From NCBI RefSeq assembly GCF_009914755.1, contig NC_060927.1: 64,000 nt of DNA; one strand, written 5' to 3'. Below the pieces are notes generated by a model that worked only from the letters and a program-made list of their open reading frames with translations, was not told the origin of the DNA and ran no database searches. The stretch is from the human T2T-CHM13v2.0 reference genome, Homo sapiens. Positions 1-14,720 of the stretch are shown here, piece after piece (positions within the stretch are counted from its first letter, which is position 1; each line of letters opens with the position of its first letter). The position numbers were made by a program, and so were the translations under genes.

Positions 1-522
1 GGCTAGGTAACAAATTACTCCAAAACATAATGTCTCAAAACAACCATTTTATTATGTTCCAGAATTCTGTGGGTCAGAAATTTGGGTATGGCTTGACAGG
101 GTGCTTCCTCTGCCCCCTATGGCATTAACTGGAAGTTCCTGGGTGGTATTCAGCTGACGGATGGACTGGTCTGGAGCTCATGATAGCTTCACTTGTGTGT
201 TTGGAGCCTTGCATAGAAGGCTGGGCTCAGCTGGGGCGACTGAGTGGAACATCTACACATGGCTTCTCCAGCACCATCAAGTGGAGTTGGACTTTTTTTC
301 GCCGTGACTTAGGGCTTTAAGAGTGAGTGTCCCAACAGAGAGGATGCAGAGCTGTCAGTCTCTTAGGCCTGAGCCCTCATGCTGTCAAACTATTGGTTGA
401 GCACAGTCAAACTTCTACCAAATTTTATGGGTCAAAGAAGTCACAGTCCATCCCAATTCAGGAGGAGATCCCATTTCTAAATGGGAGATCAAACATTTTT
501 GGTCATCTTTAATTTGCTATCA
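1..522. mobile_element. MaLR LTR, MLT1-type (old), truncated by window start
   Basis: Resembles recalled MLT1 consensus (gtaacaaattactccaaaac..., ctgtgggtcagaaatttggg, ctgggctcagctggg) and ends ...gtcatctttaatttgctatca. Confidence 0.7.
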
Positions 523-1621
523 AGATAAATTAGTGATATTTCATGAAGAATAAGATTATGGTGAGTTTGGTTTGATGGAATTTTATCTTCCTTATGCTAC
601 CAGCACACAGGAGGAATGTTATCCTTACAAGAATCACATACACTTAAATTTCTTGGTAAACAAATGAGTCAAATATTTTGTTATTCTACACTATAATATA
701 ATTCGTAACAACTAACAGTGGGATAAAAGCAAGATTTGGTTTGGATTCTGAGAGAAATTGGAAAGAAAAAGGCAAAGAATAAATAAGAACTTGGAAATAG
801 GGTTAGACAGGAAAGGGGCATAGAACAAAACAATATTTAAAAGAAGAGATACATTGAAATGTTTCCAAAAAAGGAAGGAAGGAAGACAACAAACTCTAGA
901 GGACTGATGGCAATAGAAAGCTGCAGAGATAGACAATTTCAAAGTCTGTTGAATATGGGGAAAGACAAAATCAGGGGGTTCAATAACAACAAATGTGTGC
1001 TTGAAGCCAAAGAATAAAAATAAGATTGAAGTTTAGCTCTAAAGATTACAAGGACTTCAGAGACTATAGGAGAGTAAATTACTGTAGAACACACAACTAA
1101 ATGTAATGTTCCTTTTAGCATGAGTTTTTAGGGAAAATGTTCCCTTTTACAACAGTAGCTATTATTGATCCAAACTTGATAAAGAACAACTTAGAAGTAC
1201 CTAGATTTCCAATCGAGTTCCGAAACACACACAAAAAAAGGACCAAATGCAAAAAAACAAAATCCCCAAAACTCCACCAATATTTTGTGCTGTCTGCTAC
1301 TTTAAAGTCTGTCCTCACAGACTTCCACCCACTGTGAAAGGATGAGAAAAATCTATTTTCTTTCTGCCCTGTAGCAAGAAAGCAGTTGCCTCTGCATTTC
1401 CTTGTAGATGGAAGTGCTTTTTGTTCTCTGGGACTCCTGAATATGCATTTGAGCTGTGAACCCGGAGAAGGTTGGGACAAAAGGGGCTTCCCTCTGAATT
1501 AGCGGCTCACTGAAACAGGAGGTCCAAGATAATTAATCTAGGAGCAGCAGGGATGGAGGCTGCAGTGGCTGGAACAGCCCCAGAGAGGACAAACCATAAA
1601 TAGACAATGAGAAAGCAAATA

Positions 1622-1697
1622 TTAGGTGGTGCAAAAGTAATTGCGGTTTTTGCTTAAAAGTAATGACAAAACCACATTTACTTTTGCACTAACCAAA
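1622..1697. mobile_element. MADE1 (Hsmar1-derived mariner MITE; miR-548 family source element)
   Basis: ~80 bp near-palindrome ttaggtggtgcaaaagtaattgcggttttt...cttttgcactaaccaaa flanked by TA at 1620-1621 and 1698-1699. Confidence 0.92.
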
Positions 1698-1784
1698 TAC
1701 ATTCTGTTTTCAGAAGAACTCTGAAAAGATGAAGCAAGTTGGGAGGATATATTCATTTCATGAACAATATACCATCTGAAATAA

Positions 1785-2171
<387 letters not shown>

Positions 2172-3214
2172 GAGAGCTCAGCGTTTTAAAACCTATAGTA
2201 GGCTGTTTTTTTCACGTCAATGTCAAATGTTTGTGTCTGTTTTTCAAAGGTAAATAAGAAGTCTGTTGTCTGTTGCAGTCTGAACTCTAGAGTGTAAGAT
2301 CTGACATATCAAAGGCAAGAGTAAAAAGAGAAGGTGGTGAATGCATGTATGGAATGAGGAGGAAAGACTCAATGTCATGGCAATAGCATTGGAAACAAAA
2401 GGAGGATTTGGAGAGGAAGACTTGAAGACCCCCAAATCAATCTATATACAAGTAATTTACTAAGTAGCAACCTGCAGCTCAAAGGTGTCAGGGTCAATAT
2501 AGCTCCTAAAATTTGAGCGAGAATACATTTCTCAGCTGCAATCTACCTTGATCTCCTGTATTCAAGTTGAAGATTGGATATGGTTAAATCTAGATGGAAA
2601 GTCATCCATTTAGTGGTAGCAAAAATAGCTCAGTTTCATATTAGTTTTGTTTTTGGGCGGACCACTCAATGTGACAATAATGGCTCCTTTAGACTCCGTT
2701 GTGTATCAGGCAGATGAATAAGTCAGGCAAATATAAGGCATGGCCTTGTAAATATAGCTTATATAACTATAAAACTTTCTCCACAGAAAATATACTGTAT
2801 TTTTACAGGCACCAACAGATTCCATGACTCTTTACAGAGAATATCCTTGTAGAATTTGCATAGTGTATACACTTGCATGTATACATGCAATGACTTAATC
2901 ATTTCCAATAAAAGTGTGTAGGGAGTAGCTTTAGTCTAAAAGAGAAAACATGGTTTGGGGTTTTAAAGAATCACAGAATGCTAGAGTTGGGGAAGAAGGG
3001 ATCTTAGAGATTTGTAACTCAATCTAACTTTACTTAAGTCCAGAGACTGTTAATGGTGTTCTTAATGTCACACACTTGGTAAGTGCTGGAGCTGAGACTT
3101 GAATCTGTGTCTTCTGACTCCAAATCCACCACTCTTAGGCATCTTAATATTTTAGCCAACAAAATTCCATGGTCTTGATTGCTAATGTTGTAATAAACGG
3201 TAAGGAACTGCGAG

Positions 3215-3580
3215 ATTGTACCATAGACAAACTGAATCTCAGTGGCTCAGCAAAGAAAATTATTCACTCATGCAAAGTCAAGCGCAGGTCAGTGAGAAGG
3301 CACTCCCTCTGTCCTGTGAAATAGAGAACCAGATCCTCTCCAACTTGAATCACTATCATATCAACAGATGGCTTCAGTCGCCACAGCAGTGAGAAAGAGG
3401 ATGTGGGCTAGCACACCGATTCTTAGATGCGTCCGTCCAGAAAGGTTTATGTGTTACTTCCACTCACATTTCATTGGCCAGGCGTCACATGGGTGTGTCT
3501 AAACTAAAAGGGTCTAGAAAATCTACTCTCCAGGGAGTAAGTGAGAAATGAGATGGATGGGCGCTTGTCACCTCTTCTGT
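3215..3580. mobile_element. Old MaLR LTR (MLT1J/K-like)
   Basis: Motifs aatctcagtggct, cactcacatttcattggcca..gtcacatgg typical of old MLT1. Confidence 0.55.
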
Positions 3581-4338
3581 GTGTTTATGCCTGGTTTATA
3601 AGAAGCACAAAGTTAAAGCATTATCACTATAAGATGTATGCAAATGTCAGCAATGTAGGATCTTGGGGGAAAAGGAAGTTTGGAGGCATTCTGGGTGGTT
3701 AAAAAGTAAGAATATCACAAATAACCTTTCCACTAAATTCTTATTAAAGTATAAAGGCCTGGCAAAAATTACTGATAACTTATGAATTCACCTCTTTTAG
3801 TATGACCGTTCTAAATCCCTAGGCCAGACCTTACAAACATTATGATCCAAAATACTGGCCATCTGCTTTGGCTGTAAAAATTCCCCTGATCAGAACTCTA
3901 AATTGGATCTTTCTTTCCAGGGCATTTTGTAGCTTTCGGTTGGCCCCATGTCAGGGAGAAGCTCTGCCCCCAATAAAATGAATACAAATATTTGTGAAGC
4001 TCATCGACCACCACTCTAAAGCCAGGTCAGACCCAGGCCCTGGAGAGCATGTGTTTTGCTGGCACATGCCACGTCCTACTCATATGGTTCAGTGAGCTCT
4101 GGTAAACTCTGCAAAGTTTAGCCACGGATCCCTGTTAAAGCTTGTTATCTGGTTCTTGTTTTCTAATTTGTTGTTTTTAAGACACAATATTTGTTGCCTC
4201 CTTATCCATTTTGTTGAAGGGAATGCTACAGGTGTGGTTTACCAAATACTGGAATACGGAAATAAGAGGTATTTTCTGATAGAAATGTTTTTTGAGTTGG
4301 CTGTGATACTGAAGATTTTTATCCATGTGCATGTGTGT

Positions 4339-4374
4339 ACACACACGCGCACACACACACACACACACACACAC
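4339..4374. repeat. (CA)n microsatellite with a CGCG interruption
   Basis: Seen directly. Confidence 0.97.
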
Positions 4375-4396
4375 TATGTAAAGTTCTTTGAAAAAG

Positions 4397-4501
4397 AGTT
4401 TCTCAATCCTTAACGAGCAAACCTCTGGGGATCTTGGTAAACCAGACTGACCCAGAAGGTCTGGGATGGATCCTGAAATTGTGTTTCCAACAAACTCAAA
4501 G
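4397..4501. mobile_element. MER5-like hAT MITE, left part (resumes about 5628-5645 after the LTR)
   Basis: gtttctcaa...ggtctgggatgg...tttccaacaaactc|aaag|gtgatgccaatgc matches the recalled MER5 order. Confidence 0.55.
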
Positions 4502-5623
<1,122 letters not shown>

Positions 5624-5654
5624 AAAGGTGATGCCAATGCCACGGATTCCCGCA

Positions 5655-6085
5655 GTGGAGGAGTCTAGCTGTTGGTGCCTTACATGGGTCCACTGGGATT
5701 CCTTTTACCAGGTTCAGTGTGCCCATTCCCCAGTGGTTATCTGTTTTGCTGCTAAAGTCTCTGAAGGACTGACCTTGGGCTATTGTTAATGTCTTGCCCC
5801 TCTCCACCACCTCATTCTCTGCAGTTGGTATCCAGTGACTCATAGATACAGAGGCACAAAAGCCCAGCCCCCTTGCCGCAAAGAGGGCCAAACTCAGGGT
5901 ATAGTTTCTGCTTCGGAGCTCCTCAGCAGAGTGGGAGCAGGCTGGAGATAACCTCATCTGAAACCACATACCTTACTCTATCTTGCTTCCCTCACTTCCT
6001 GAAAGATTTCTCCAGAGGGCATTGCCTTGTACTTCCATATGAAACCCTATCTCAAGCCAGGCTTCCAGGAAACCCACTACAGACA
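5655..6085 (+). mobile_element. ERVL LTR, LTR16-like
   Basis: ggccaaactcagggtatagtttctgcttcggagctcc... and 3' end caggcttccaggaaacccactacagaca resemble recalled LTR16. Confidence 0.6.
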
Positions 6086-6194
6086 TTTGCAGGCCATACC
6101 CTGACAAGCAAGTCTAGAGTGCTCTAGAGGGAGCTAAAGCTGAATAGTGGACTTGGGGTCAAGAAAATTGGGTTTTTAAAAATTTAACCAACAT

Positions 6195-6400
6195 TTTAGG
6201 CCAGGAGCTGTTACATGTTCTTTTAAAATATTAATCGAATCTTCACTCAGTGAAGTAGGAAACTGAAGTAGAAGCTGTAATTAGCGCCATTTTGCAAATG
6301 AAGAAACCAAGAGAACAAAATAAAAACATCCAAGGTTATCCACTAGAAAGTGGCAGAGCTGGGAAATGAACGCAGACAGACTGGTTCCATAGTCTGTGCT
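6195..6400 (-). mobile_element. MIR
   Basis: Core ccattttgcaaatgaagaaac...aaggttatccactagaaagtggcagagctggga. Confidence 0.7.
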
Positions 6401-6414
6401 TCCAGTGCTAAATG

Positions 6415-6575
6415 CCCACTTCTTGCTTCAGTGACTGTGGGATGAACTTTTCAGACCCTCTAATGCTCCTCTGTGAAATAGGGTATATTATCTACTTTTC
6501 GGATTATTCAAGGATTAAGTGAGATACTTTATATAAAGTGCCCAGTACAGAGCTGGGCACATTTTAGGTACATCG
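6415..6575 (+). mobile_element. MIR (opposite orientation to the previous one)
   Basis: ctgtgaaatagggt...aggattaagtgagat...aaagtgcccagtacagagctgggcacat. Confidence 0.65.
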
Positions 6576-7183
6576 TTGACCTCATTAAACTAGTTTCTTT
6601 GTTATTCACCTGGGATATCTGTCTCATCTCTGCCAACCAAGACCCACAACAGGTTTTAAAGACTATTGGCCAGCCTGATGTAGTATGTATGTTCTTTTGG
6701 TGAACAGCCTTCAGTTTCAGGCCTGTTTGCTTCTCATAGAGGTTGAACTTTTTGACCATACTTGTCAAAAGCCCTACCAGATTAGGTTCCCAGTGCTTTA
6801 CTAGAGAACATAAAATCCAAGTTGAGTTCTGACATGCTGAGATTTCACTCTTCAGAAAGCTGATGGAAAATGTCTCTTATTTGGAGTGGGGAGATGGTTC
6901 CTGAGGGGCAACATGCAGGCCCTAGAAACATGTCAGGGTCTTTACATGGACCAAAGCCTGATTCAAAATGGCATGTGGGAAACTACGTTGATGGATGTTA
7001 ACTTCCCAGTACACTAAGAGGAGAGTTCTCCTAGAAGCCATAGAAAAGAAAGGCTCATAGGCCTACTTAAGAATCAGGAAGCACCTGGTTTGAATTAATC
7101 TAGAATGCTTAACAAAGAGTAAGAAGAGAGAGATGAGGACACTAACACTTAGATTAGGCTGGAAGGACACCTAGAATATGCAA

Positions 7184-7472
7184 TTTTTTTTTTTCTGGAA
7201 CAGTGTCTCCCTGTGTCATTAGCATCTCCCTGTGTCATTAGCAATAATGGTTCACTGCAGCCTTGACCTCCTGGGTTCAAGTGATCCTCCCACTTCAGCC
7301 TCCTGAGTAGCGGGACTACAGGCAGGTGCCACCACACCCAGCTAATTTTTTTGGTAGAGATGGAGTTTTGCCATGTTGTCTAGGCTGGTATCGAACTCCT
7401 GAGCTTGAGCATTCTGCCTGCCTCAGCCTCCCAAAGTGCTGGGACTACAGGCGTGAGCCACTGCACCTGACC
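7184..7472 (-). mobile_element. AluJ with an internal 19-bp tandem duplication
   Basis: J-type cactgcagccttgacctcctggg; tctccctgtgtcattagca x2 at 7206-7243. Confidence 0.88.
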
Positions 7473-7876
7473 ATGGACATGCCACGTTTATATGTCCTAC
7501 TCTAGGCTAGGAGCTGTGTTGCATCAGCCTTGCCCACTGGCCAGAAGGACCAGAGTTAAAGTTTGAGTGAAGGGCCTGGCAGGTGGAAGGAGCTCAGAGC
7601 CAACATGCTCGCTCTGTGGGAGAGGTGCACGGTCAAGTGCACCGGGCTATAGATGTGACTCATCAATCAGCCAGTGCTTTGTGGGCAGAGGAGATGAGGG
7701 GCCAGAATGCGTGTCACCAATTTCAGCATCACAGATATTGAGAGCTTCCAGAGCCTCACGTTTATTTGGTGTAGTGTGAATATTTGGTGCTTCAGAGACA
7801 TTTAAGGTTTTCTTGGTCCTTCTATGCCTTCTTATATAGGTTAAGCACACTTGTGCTCAGCTTACATTTTCTATGA

Positions 7877-8082
7877 CAGGGGTGTCCGGTCTTTTGGCTT
7901 CCCTGGGCCACACTGGAAGAATTGTCTTGGGCCACACATAAAATACACTAACACTAATAATAGCTAAATCGCAAAAAAAACCACTCACAATGTTTTTAGA
8001 AAGTTTACAAATTTGTGTTGGGCCGCACTCAAAGCCATCTTGGCCTGCATGTGGGCCATAGGCCACAGGTTGGACAACGTCG
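7877..8082. mobile_element. MER30 (hAT-Charlie MITE)
   Basis: caggggtgtcc...ttttggcttccctgggccacactggaagaa...caggttggacaa; 8-bp TSD ttctatga / ttctatgc. Confidence 0.88.
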
Positions 8083-8164
8083 TTCTATGCCTAACACATC
8101 GTAAGATATTTGTTTCTGTACCTAATTCTATCTATCCTTTTTTACTTGTTTCCTATTGCAGAAT

Positions 8165-8620
8165 CAAATATTCTCTAATATAACATATATAATGAGGATA
8201 TTCAACATGGAAAAATTAGTTTATAAAATAAATGCTGGCAAAAAGAGATGCTGGAAGATCTCAAATGGGATGGTGAGACAACTCAGGGATTAATAAAATG
8301 GAAGTATCTACCATCCTTCGGGCTGAGGGACAAGGTGAAGAGATGCTTGATACCAGAATCCAGCAATCAGGGCCACCTAGCTGGAGGTGGGACCATGGAG
8401 AGGTGATTTTTGAAGCAGAGAGAGAGACAGAAAGACGTCTCCCTGGCTTCTTGCCTTCTCCTGTTTTGTCTCCCATCAGTGGCTGTCATGGGTTAATGTA
8501 GTCAGAGGTCAGTTAGCAAGGGAGCGTAGAGAGTGTAATAGGTAGAGAGAGACCCCTGTAATAGAGAGGAGAGGAGAAAAGATGAAGGGTGGCGAACGGT
8601 AACTGGACAGTACCCAAGCC
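8165..8620. mobile_element. Degenerate ERVL/MaLR-like LTR
   Basis: Similarity to old ERVL LTR motifs (ctcccatcagtggctgtcatggg...gtcagttagcaagggagc); family not assignable. Confidence 0.4.
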
Positions 8621-9253
8621 AGATGTACTGGTAATCACTGGGAGTGACTTGTAGTGAGGCCTACCGGGCAGGGCACCCATGGAAACTCTGCCTTCTCTCT
8701 CTTCCAACCTATGTGTGAGAACCAGTAAGCTAAGAAGTCAACTAAAAGAGCTATTGCTCTATTATAATCATGGAATAATTATTTTAAACCCAACGGAGTT
8801 CTGCTTTGTGTGTTAGATCAGACCCAATGACATCTAAGAGTTATATCATCCTGTGACATGCCTCCAAGAGTCTATGAGTCAAAGAAAGATTTGTCCTTGA
8901 AAGACTGAATGAGATTTTAAAAGCTGATCTATGTATTCACGCATGGTAGACAACTTTAAAACTGAAAAATCACTATCTCAATCACTATTTTGAGATCATT
9001 TAAAGAAACTATTGCTAGTAGAGAGAAAAAGCCCTATTTCATTTATTAAGAAAAAAATTCTAATATTATCTACAGATAGAATATTTCTTTCTTTTATTGA
9101 TGATGTATTAATAGCAATTAGCTAAGGGGAGAGAGAGGGAATTTTTATTTGTGGTGGGAGTGGCTTTATTTAAATCAAACAAATCAAAATACTAATAGTA
9201 ATGATTCACTGAATGTTTCTTCTATATCAAGAACTGTGCTAAGTGCTTTAGAG

Positions 9254-9762
<509 letters not shown>

Positions 9763-10899
9763 TTTTAGAGGCACGAACCCATTACCACACCCAGTGCACA
9801 AATGAGGCAAATGAAGCATACACAGGTTAAATTACTTGCTCTGCTTCATGCAGATAGTGAGTGGTGCAACAGGAATAGAACCCAGGTCCAACTCTAAACC
9901 GTATACTAAATCTCAATGTTGAAACTTCTTCTCCCGCCTGTCTCCTTTCTTTTGATTTTCTGAGAAGTATTTGTGGATGACTTTTAAGAAAATTTACATA
10001 AAAGTAGCAGAAAAAGAAGCAGTCATTTTTGGATTTGAATTTACAGTGAGACTGAAATTGGATTTCTGCTGAGGTGGTAGTTTTATGCTGCTTAGATAAC
10101 GATTTCAGAAGTGTAAAAGCCTCAACACTCATCTGTTTCAGAAAATACTACTGCGGACGTACAAACCTTTAAAAACAACATCTGACGGCACCTGGTTCAT
10201 TTCAGGTGAAGAAAGGATGTGCTGAAAAGCTTATTTTTTTTCTTTTTTTCTTTTGTGCTATGATTCTTATTGAAGCTCCTTTCTGTATAACATTGTACCA
10301 CTGCAGTAAATGATCAATTTCAACTTCACGCAGCCAAGGTCAGGTGTGAGGGAATAACAGGCTGTCTACGACACCATGTAGGCATGATTTATTGCATTTC
10401 CAGAAGAGGATTCTTGACATTTTGAAAATGTAATGTAGTGCAACAGTAATTAAGCCAAAGGTAGACTGCTGAACAATTGATTAGCATTGTCAGAGAAGCC
10501 TGATTAGCTTAGATACTTCCAGAACTGATCTTGCCAGCTATGAATTAAAGGTTAGTAATTAAATTTATGGGCCATAGCCACTGTCTCCAGGTGGCATTTC
10601 ACATAGGAGTATTTGTGTTCTGAGAGGACAGGCAAATAAAGCAAACGTCAGTTGCCTTTTCACTAACAGCCTTTGGTTAAAAATATCTTTTCAGAGACAA
10701 AAGAAAAACGATACTGAGTCAAAACTTGTCTGTAAGTTAAAATGTTGCTTATATTATCCAGTAATGTTTTTAACAAGTTCTAGCTACCCTGCAATGGACT
10801 AAATAAAAAAGAGGGGAAGGTAAGTTTAAATAACGTATTCATATTCATCGTACTAATCTACTAACTTGCTGTTAGAGAGAATATTTAGCTCTGAGTCAT

Positions 10900-11090
10900 C
10901 TGATGTGTTACTTATCTATCTAGGCAGCTTCTTTTTGAAAATTACCCCTTCCTCCCCTGCATCCTTCTGTCCACATATTTATGGAAGCAGACATATTCAC
11001 TAAACATCTTTCTGGCCATAGCTGATGGGTCTAGGGGTAGATATATAGCCCAAACCAGGTCATTCAGATTCTATCCCTAGGGTTTTTTTT
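10900..11090 (+). mobile_element. ERVL LTR (LTR33-like), left part; right part about 13250-13580
   Basis: ggccatagctgatgggtctagggg...cccaaaccaggtcattcagattctatccctaggg; right part ends ...aaaagtcccagctaacaca. Confidence 0.5.
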
Positions 11091-11091
11091 C

Positions 11092-13248
11092 CCAATTCAA
11101 TGACTTTTAGTATATTCCCAGAGTTGTACGACCATCCTCACAATCAATTTTAGGACATTTATATCACCCAGAAATAAACCTTATACCAATTAGAAATCAG
11201 TCTTCATTCTGCCTCCTCCTCATCCCCAGCCCCCCGCAATGTCTCCCATCCCCAGGCCTAGGCAACCACTATTTCTCCTTTCTGTCTCTATACATTTGTC
11301 TATTCTGGGTATTTCACGAAAATGTAGCCATACAATATGTGGTCTTCTGTGACTGCCTTCTTTCACTTAGTATAATGTTTGTAAGGTGCATCCACGATGT
11401 AGCACATATTAATTTTATTCTTTTTTATGGCTGAATAATATCCCATTATATGGATATATCGTAGTTCATTTATCAGTTGATGAACCTTTGGGTTGTGCTT
11501 GCCATGAACATTTGTGTATAAGTTTTTGTGTGGACATGTTTTTATTTGTCTTGGTTATTTACCCAAGGAGGAAAATTGGTAAGTCATGTGATTACTCTAT
11601 GCTTACATTTTGAGGAAATGCCAAACTGTTTTTCAAAATGGCTGCATCAGTTTGCATTCCTAGCTACAAAGAATGAGGGTGTTAATTTCTCCACATCTTC
11701 ACCAACACTTGTGGGTCCATCTTTTTTATTGCAGCTATCCTAGTGGGTATGCAGTGACATCTTATGTGGTTTTGATTTGCATTTCCTTAACTACTAATGA
11801 TGTTGAGCATCTTTTCATGTGCTTATTCGTCACTTGTATATCTTCTTTATATAGATGTCTATTGAAATCTTTGCTCATTTTTTATTGAGTTGTAAGTTAT
11901 AGATATCATATATCTATATAGATATATCTACAACTTATATAACTTATGCATTGTATTAATATATAACATATTACATATATAACTTATATAAATATAGAAT
12001 TTATTATATATATATCTTACAACTCAATAAAAAATATATTTTTTCTTAAACAGCAATACCAGCCTGAGATTTATATATTTTTGATACAAGTCTCTTATTA
12101 GGTATGTAATTTGCAAATATTTTCTCTCATTCATTAGATTGTATTTTCATTTCTTTATTTCACTTACCTTTTAGAGAAAGGGTCTCAGTCTGTCAGGCTA
12201 ACATGTAGTGGTGCAATCCTAGCTTACCACAGCTTTGAATTCCTGGGCTCAAGCAATTTTTCCTGCCTCAGCCTCCTGAGTAGCCAGGACTACAGCCGTG
12301 CATCATCATGCCCAGTTAATTTTTTTCTTTTATTTTTTTTAAAGACAGAATCTTGCTATGTTGCTCAGGTTGGTCTCAAACTCCTGGCCTCAAGTGATCC
12401 TCCTGCTTTAGCCGCCCAAAGCACTGGGATTACAGGAGTTAGCCACTGTGTTCAGCCTCTTTTCATTTTCTTACAATAGGAACGTTTTTTGAAGTTTTGA
12501 TGTAGTTCAATTTATCTACTCTTTCTTTTGTCACTTGTGGCTTTTCATGTCTCATGAAGAAGGTATTGCATAATTCAAAGTCATGAAGATACATTTATGT
12601 GTTTTATTTTAATAGTTTTATCGTTTTAGGTCTATGGTCCATTTTGAGTTAATTTTTGTGTTTGAAATAAGGTAGGAGTCCAACTTCATTCTTCTGCATG
12701 TGGATAAACAGTTGCCACAGTACCATTTATTGGAAAGCTACTCTTCCTTCATTCAGTTGTTTTGGCACCTTTGTAGAAAGTCAAATGACCGTAAATGCCA
12801 GGGTTTATTTTTGAATAGAATTTTCAATTCTATTCCACTGATCTATGATACCACACTTCCTTGATTACTGTAGCTTTATAGAAAGTTTTGAAATGGGGAA
12901 GTGTGAGCCCTCTGACTTTGTTTCTTTAAGATAGTTTTGGCTATATTGAGTTTGTTGCGTTTCCATATAAATTTTAGGATGAGCTTATCAATTTCTGCCA
13001 AACTGGCATCTGGAATTTTGATAGGGATTGTTTTGGATCTGTAGTTCCACTTGGGGAGTATTACCATCTTAACAAATACCATGCTTTTGTATCCATGAAG
13101 ACTTGGGAGAAAGATATTATATGTTACCATTTATTTAGATCTCTAATTTATTGCAACAATGTTTTGTAGTATTCAGAGAACGTTTGTATATCTTTTGTTA
13201 AATTTATTCCTAAGTATTTTATTCTTTTTGATGCTATTGTAAATTTCA
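11092..13248 (-). mobile_element. L1MB-type 3' fragment (3'UTR plus ORF2 end), interrupted by an AT-rich foldback and an AluJ
   Basis: caattcaatgacttttagtatattc..; minus ORF 12876-13130 gives KMVILPKW..IPIKIP (ORF2 C-terminal part). Confidence 0.85.
12169..12457 (-). mobile_element. AluJ
   Basis: Diverged dimer with J-type tcctgggctcaagc. Confidence 0.85.
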
Positions 13249-14319
13249 TCTTGGAAATTTAAAATAAAGATGAAACAATCTCAGCTTCAGTTTACCTAGT
13301 CTCTTGAATGGCTAAAATGTAAATTTAGCTATTGTTGGTGGCCATTTTCTGCTTTGTGGTAGAAGTATAAAAAAGCCACAATGTAGTCTTAAAACACAAA
13401 GGAATCACAGAAATGAAAGATGTAGAAGACTCCCAGGATTTCTCCTTGTGCTCAAGGCACTGATTTTAGCTCAGTTTTCAGGCCAACTGCATCTCTATCC
13501 TTTATAACAATCCTTTGCTTTTGTTTGTGTTACCTGCACTGGATTTCTGCTCTGCTTGACTAAAAGTCCCAGCTAACACACTACTGCCATGCAGAAAACA
13601 AAACCTGTTATTGCTGTCATGGAAGAAATGGGTCACTTCAATGACATTTCCATCTCTCAGCTCTTAATCACTCATTTTTATCTCAAGTGAAATAAACAAC
13701 ATAATATTTTAATGATCATCATCTATCCTGTGAAATCACCTAGGCACATTAAGCTTTTTGGCACTCTGATCATATTAAACTACTCAAATTATAGCAGAAG
13801 TGCCAAAGCTATGAAAACCGGCATTAGATGTATGTAATTGAGCAGAGGGTTTAATGCTGACTTCTATTGGACAGATAGTTTACTGAACTTGATAGCTGTT
13901 AAAAATTAGCAATATAAAGTGAAATAGTTTTAGAAACCTTTTAGCAAAGTCACCAGCCTAAATAAATCCTTTGGAGCTACGTGGGCTTTAGACCACTAAT
14001 TCTCAACCCTGATTTTGATATATATTTGTCATCAATTATCACAGGGGATATTATGAAATTTTAAAAACACATCTAGGTTGAATTTAGTCATTTTAATATA
14101 CATTTATAGTGTTTAAATCATATTTTGGGAAATATGACATGTAAGTCTTTTTCCTGCAAGGTGACTCATATCCAGAAAGCCAGCATTCCAGGGCATTTTG
14201 TAAAAGCTCAAAAAGCAATATCTTTTAGTGAGTGAAGCCTTCAAATCTTTGTCTATTAATTAAACCATATCAGTAATATAGTATTTAAAATTGTATAGGT
14301 CATCCTTTGTTTTGGTAGC

Positions 14320-14720
14320 CTTACTTCTATAAAAATGTCCTAATAAAATTATCAGAGATGTGCATTGAGGATGCTTGATGCCATATTATCAATAATAGTA
14401 TGAAAAGTAGAGAGAAACTAAAAGTACAATTGGGATTGCATTAATTTTGGCCTGTTCACATGGTGGAAAATTAAAGAGCTATTAAGAGCCATGTTGCAGA
14501 AAAACTTTTCATGACATGGAAAAGTTTTCCAACACAGTAAAGCAAAAAAAAAAAAAAAAAAAAAAAAGGAGTATTACACAATATTCCAATTCGGTAAAAT
14601 AAATTTTATGTAAGTCTCCATGTTTATGCACAGAAAACAAACATCGAGGAATAATAAATTATCTTGGGTAATAGGAAGGCGATTTGATTCTTGTATTCTT
14701 TTGTACTTTCCACATAGCAT
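14320..14720 (+). mobile_element. Old L1 (L1ME-like) 3' fragment with internal A-run at 14544-14567
   Basis: Degenerate L1 3' motifs. Confidence 0.5.

Noticed and set aside
14544-14567. A-run as tail of a processed pseudogene
   Set aside because: Lies inside a degenerate L1 3' region with no TSD or upstream mRNA-like body
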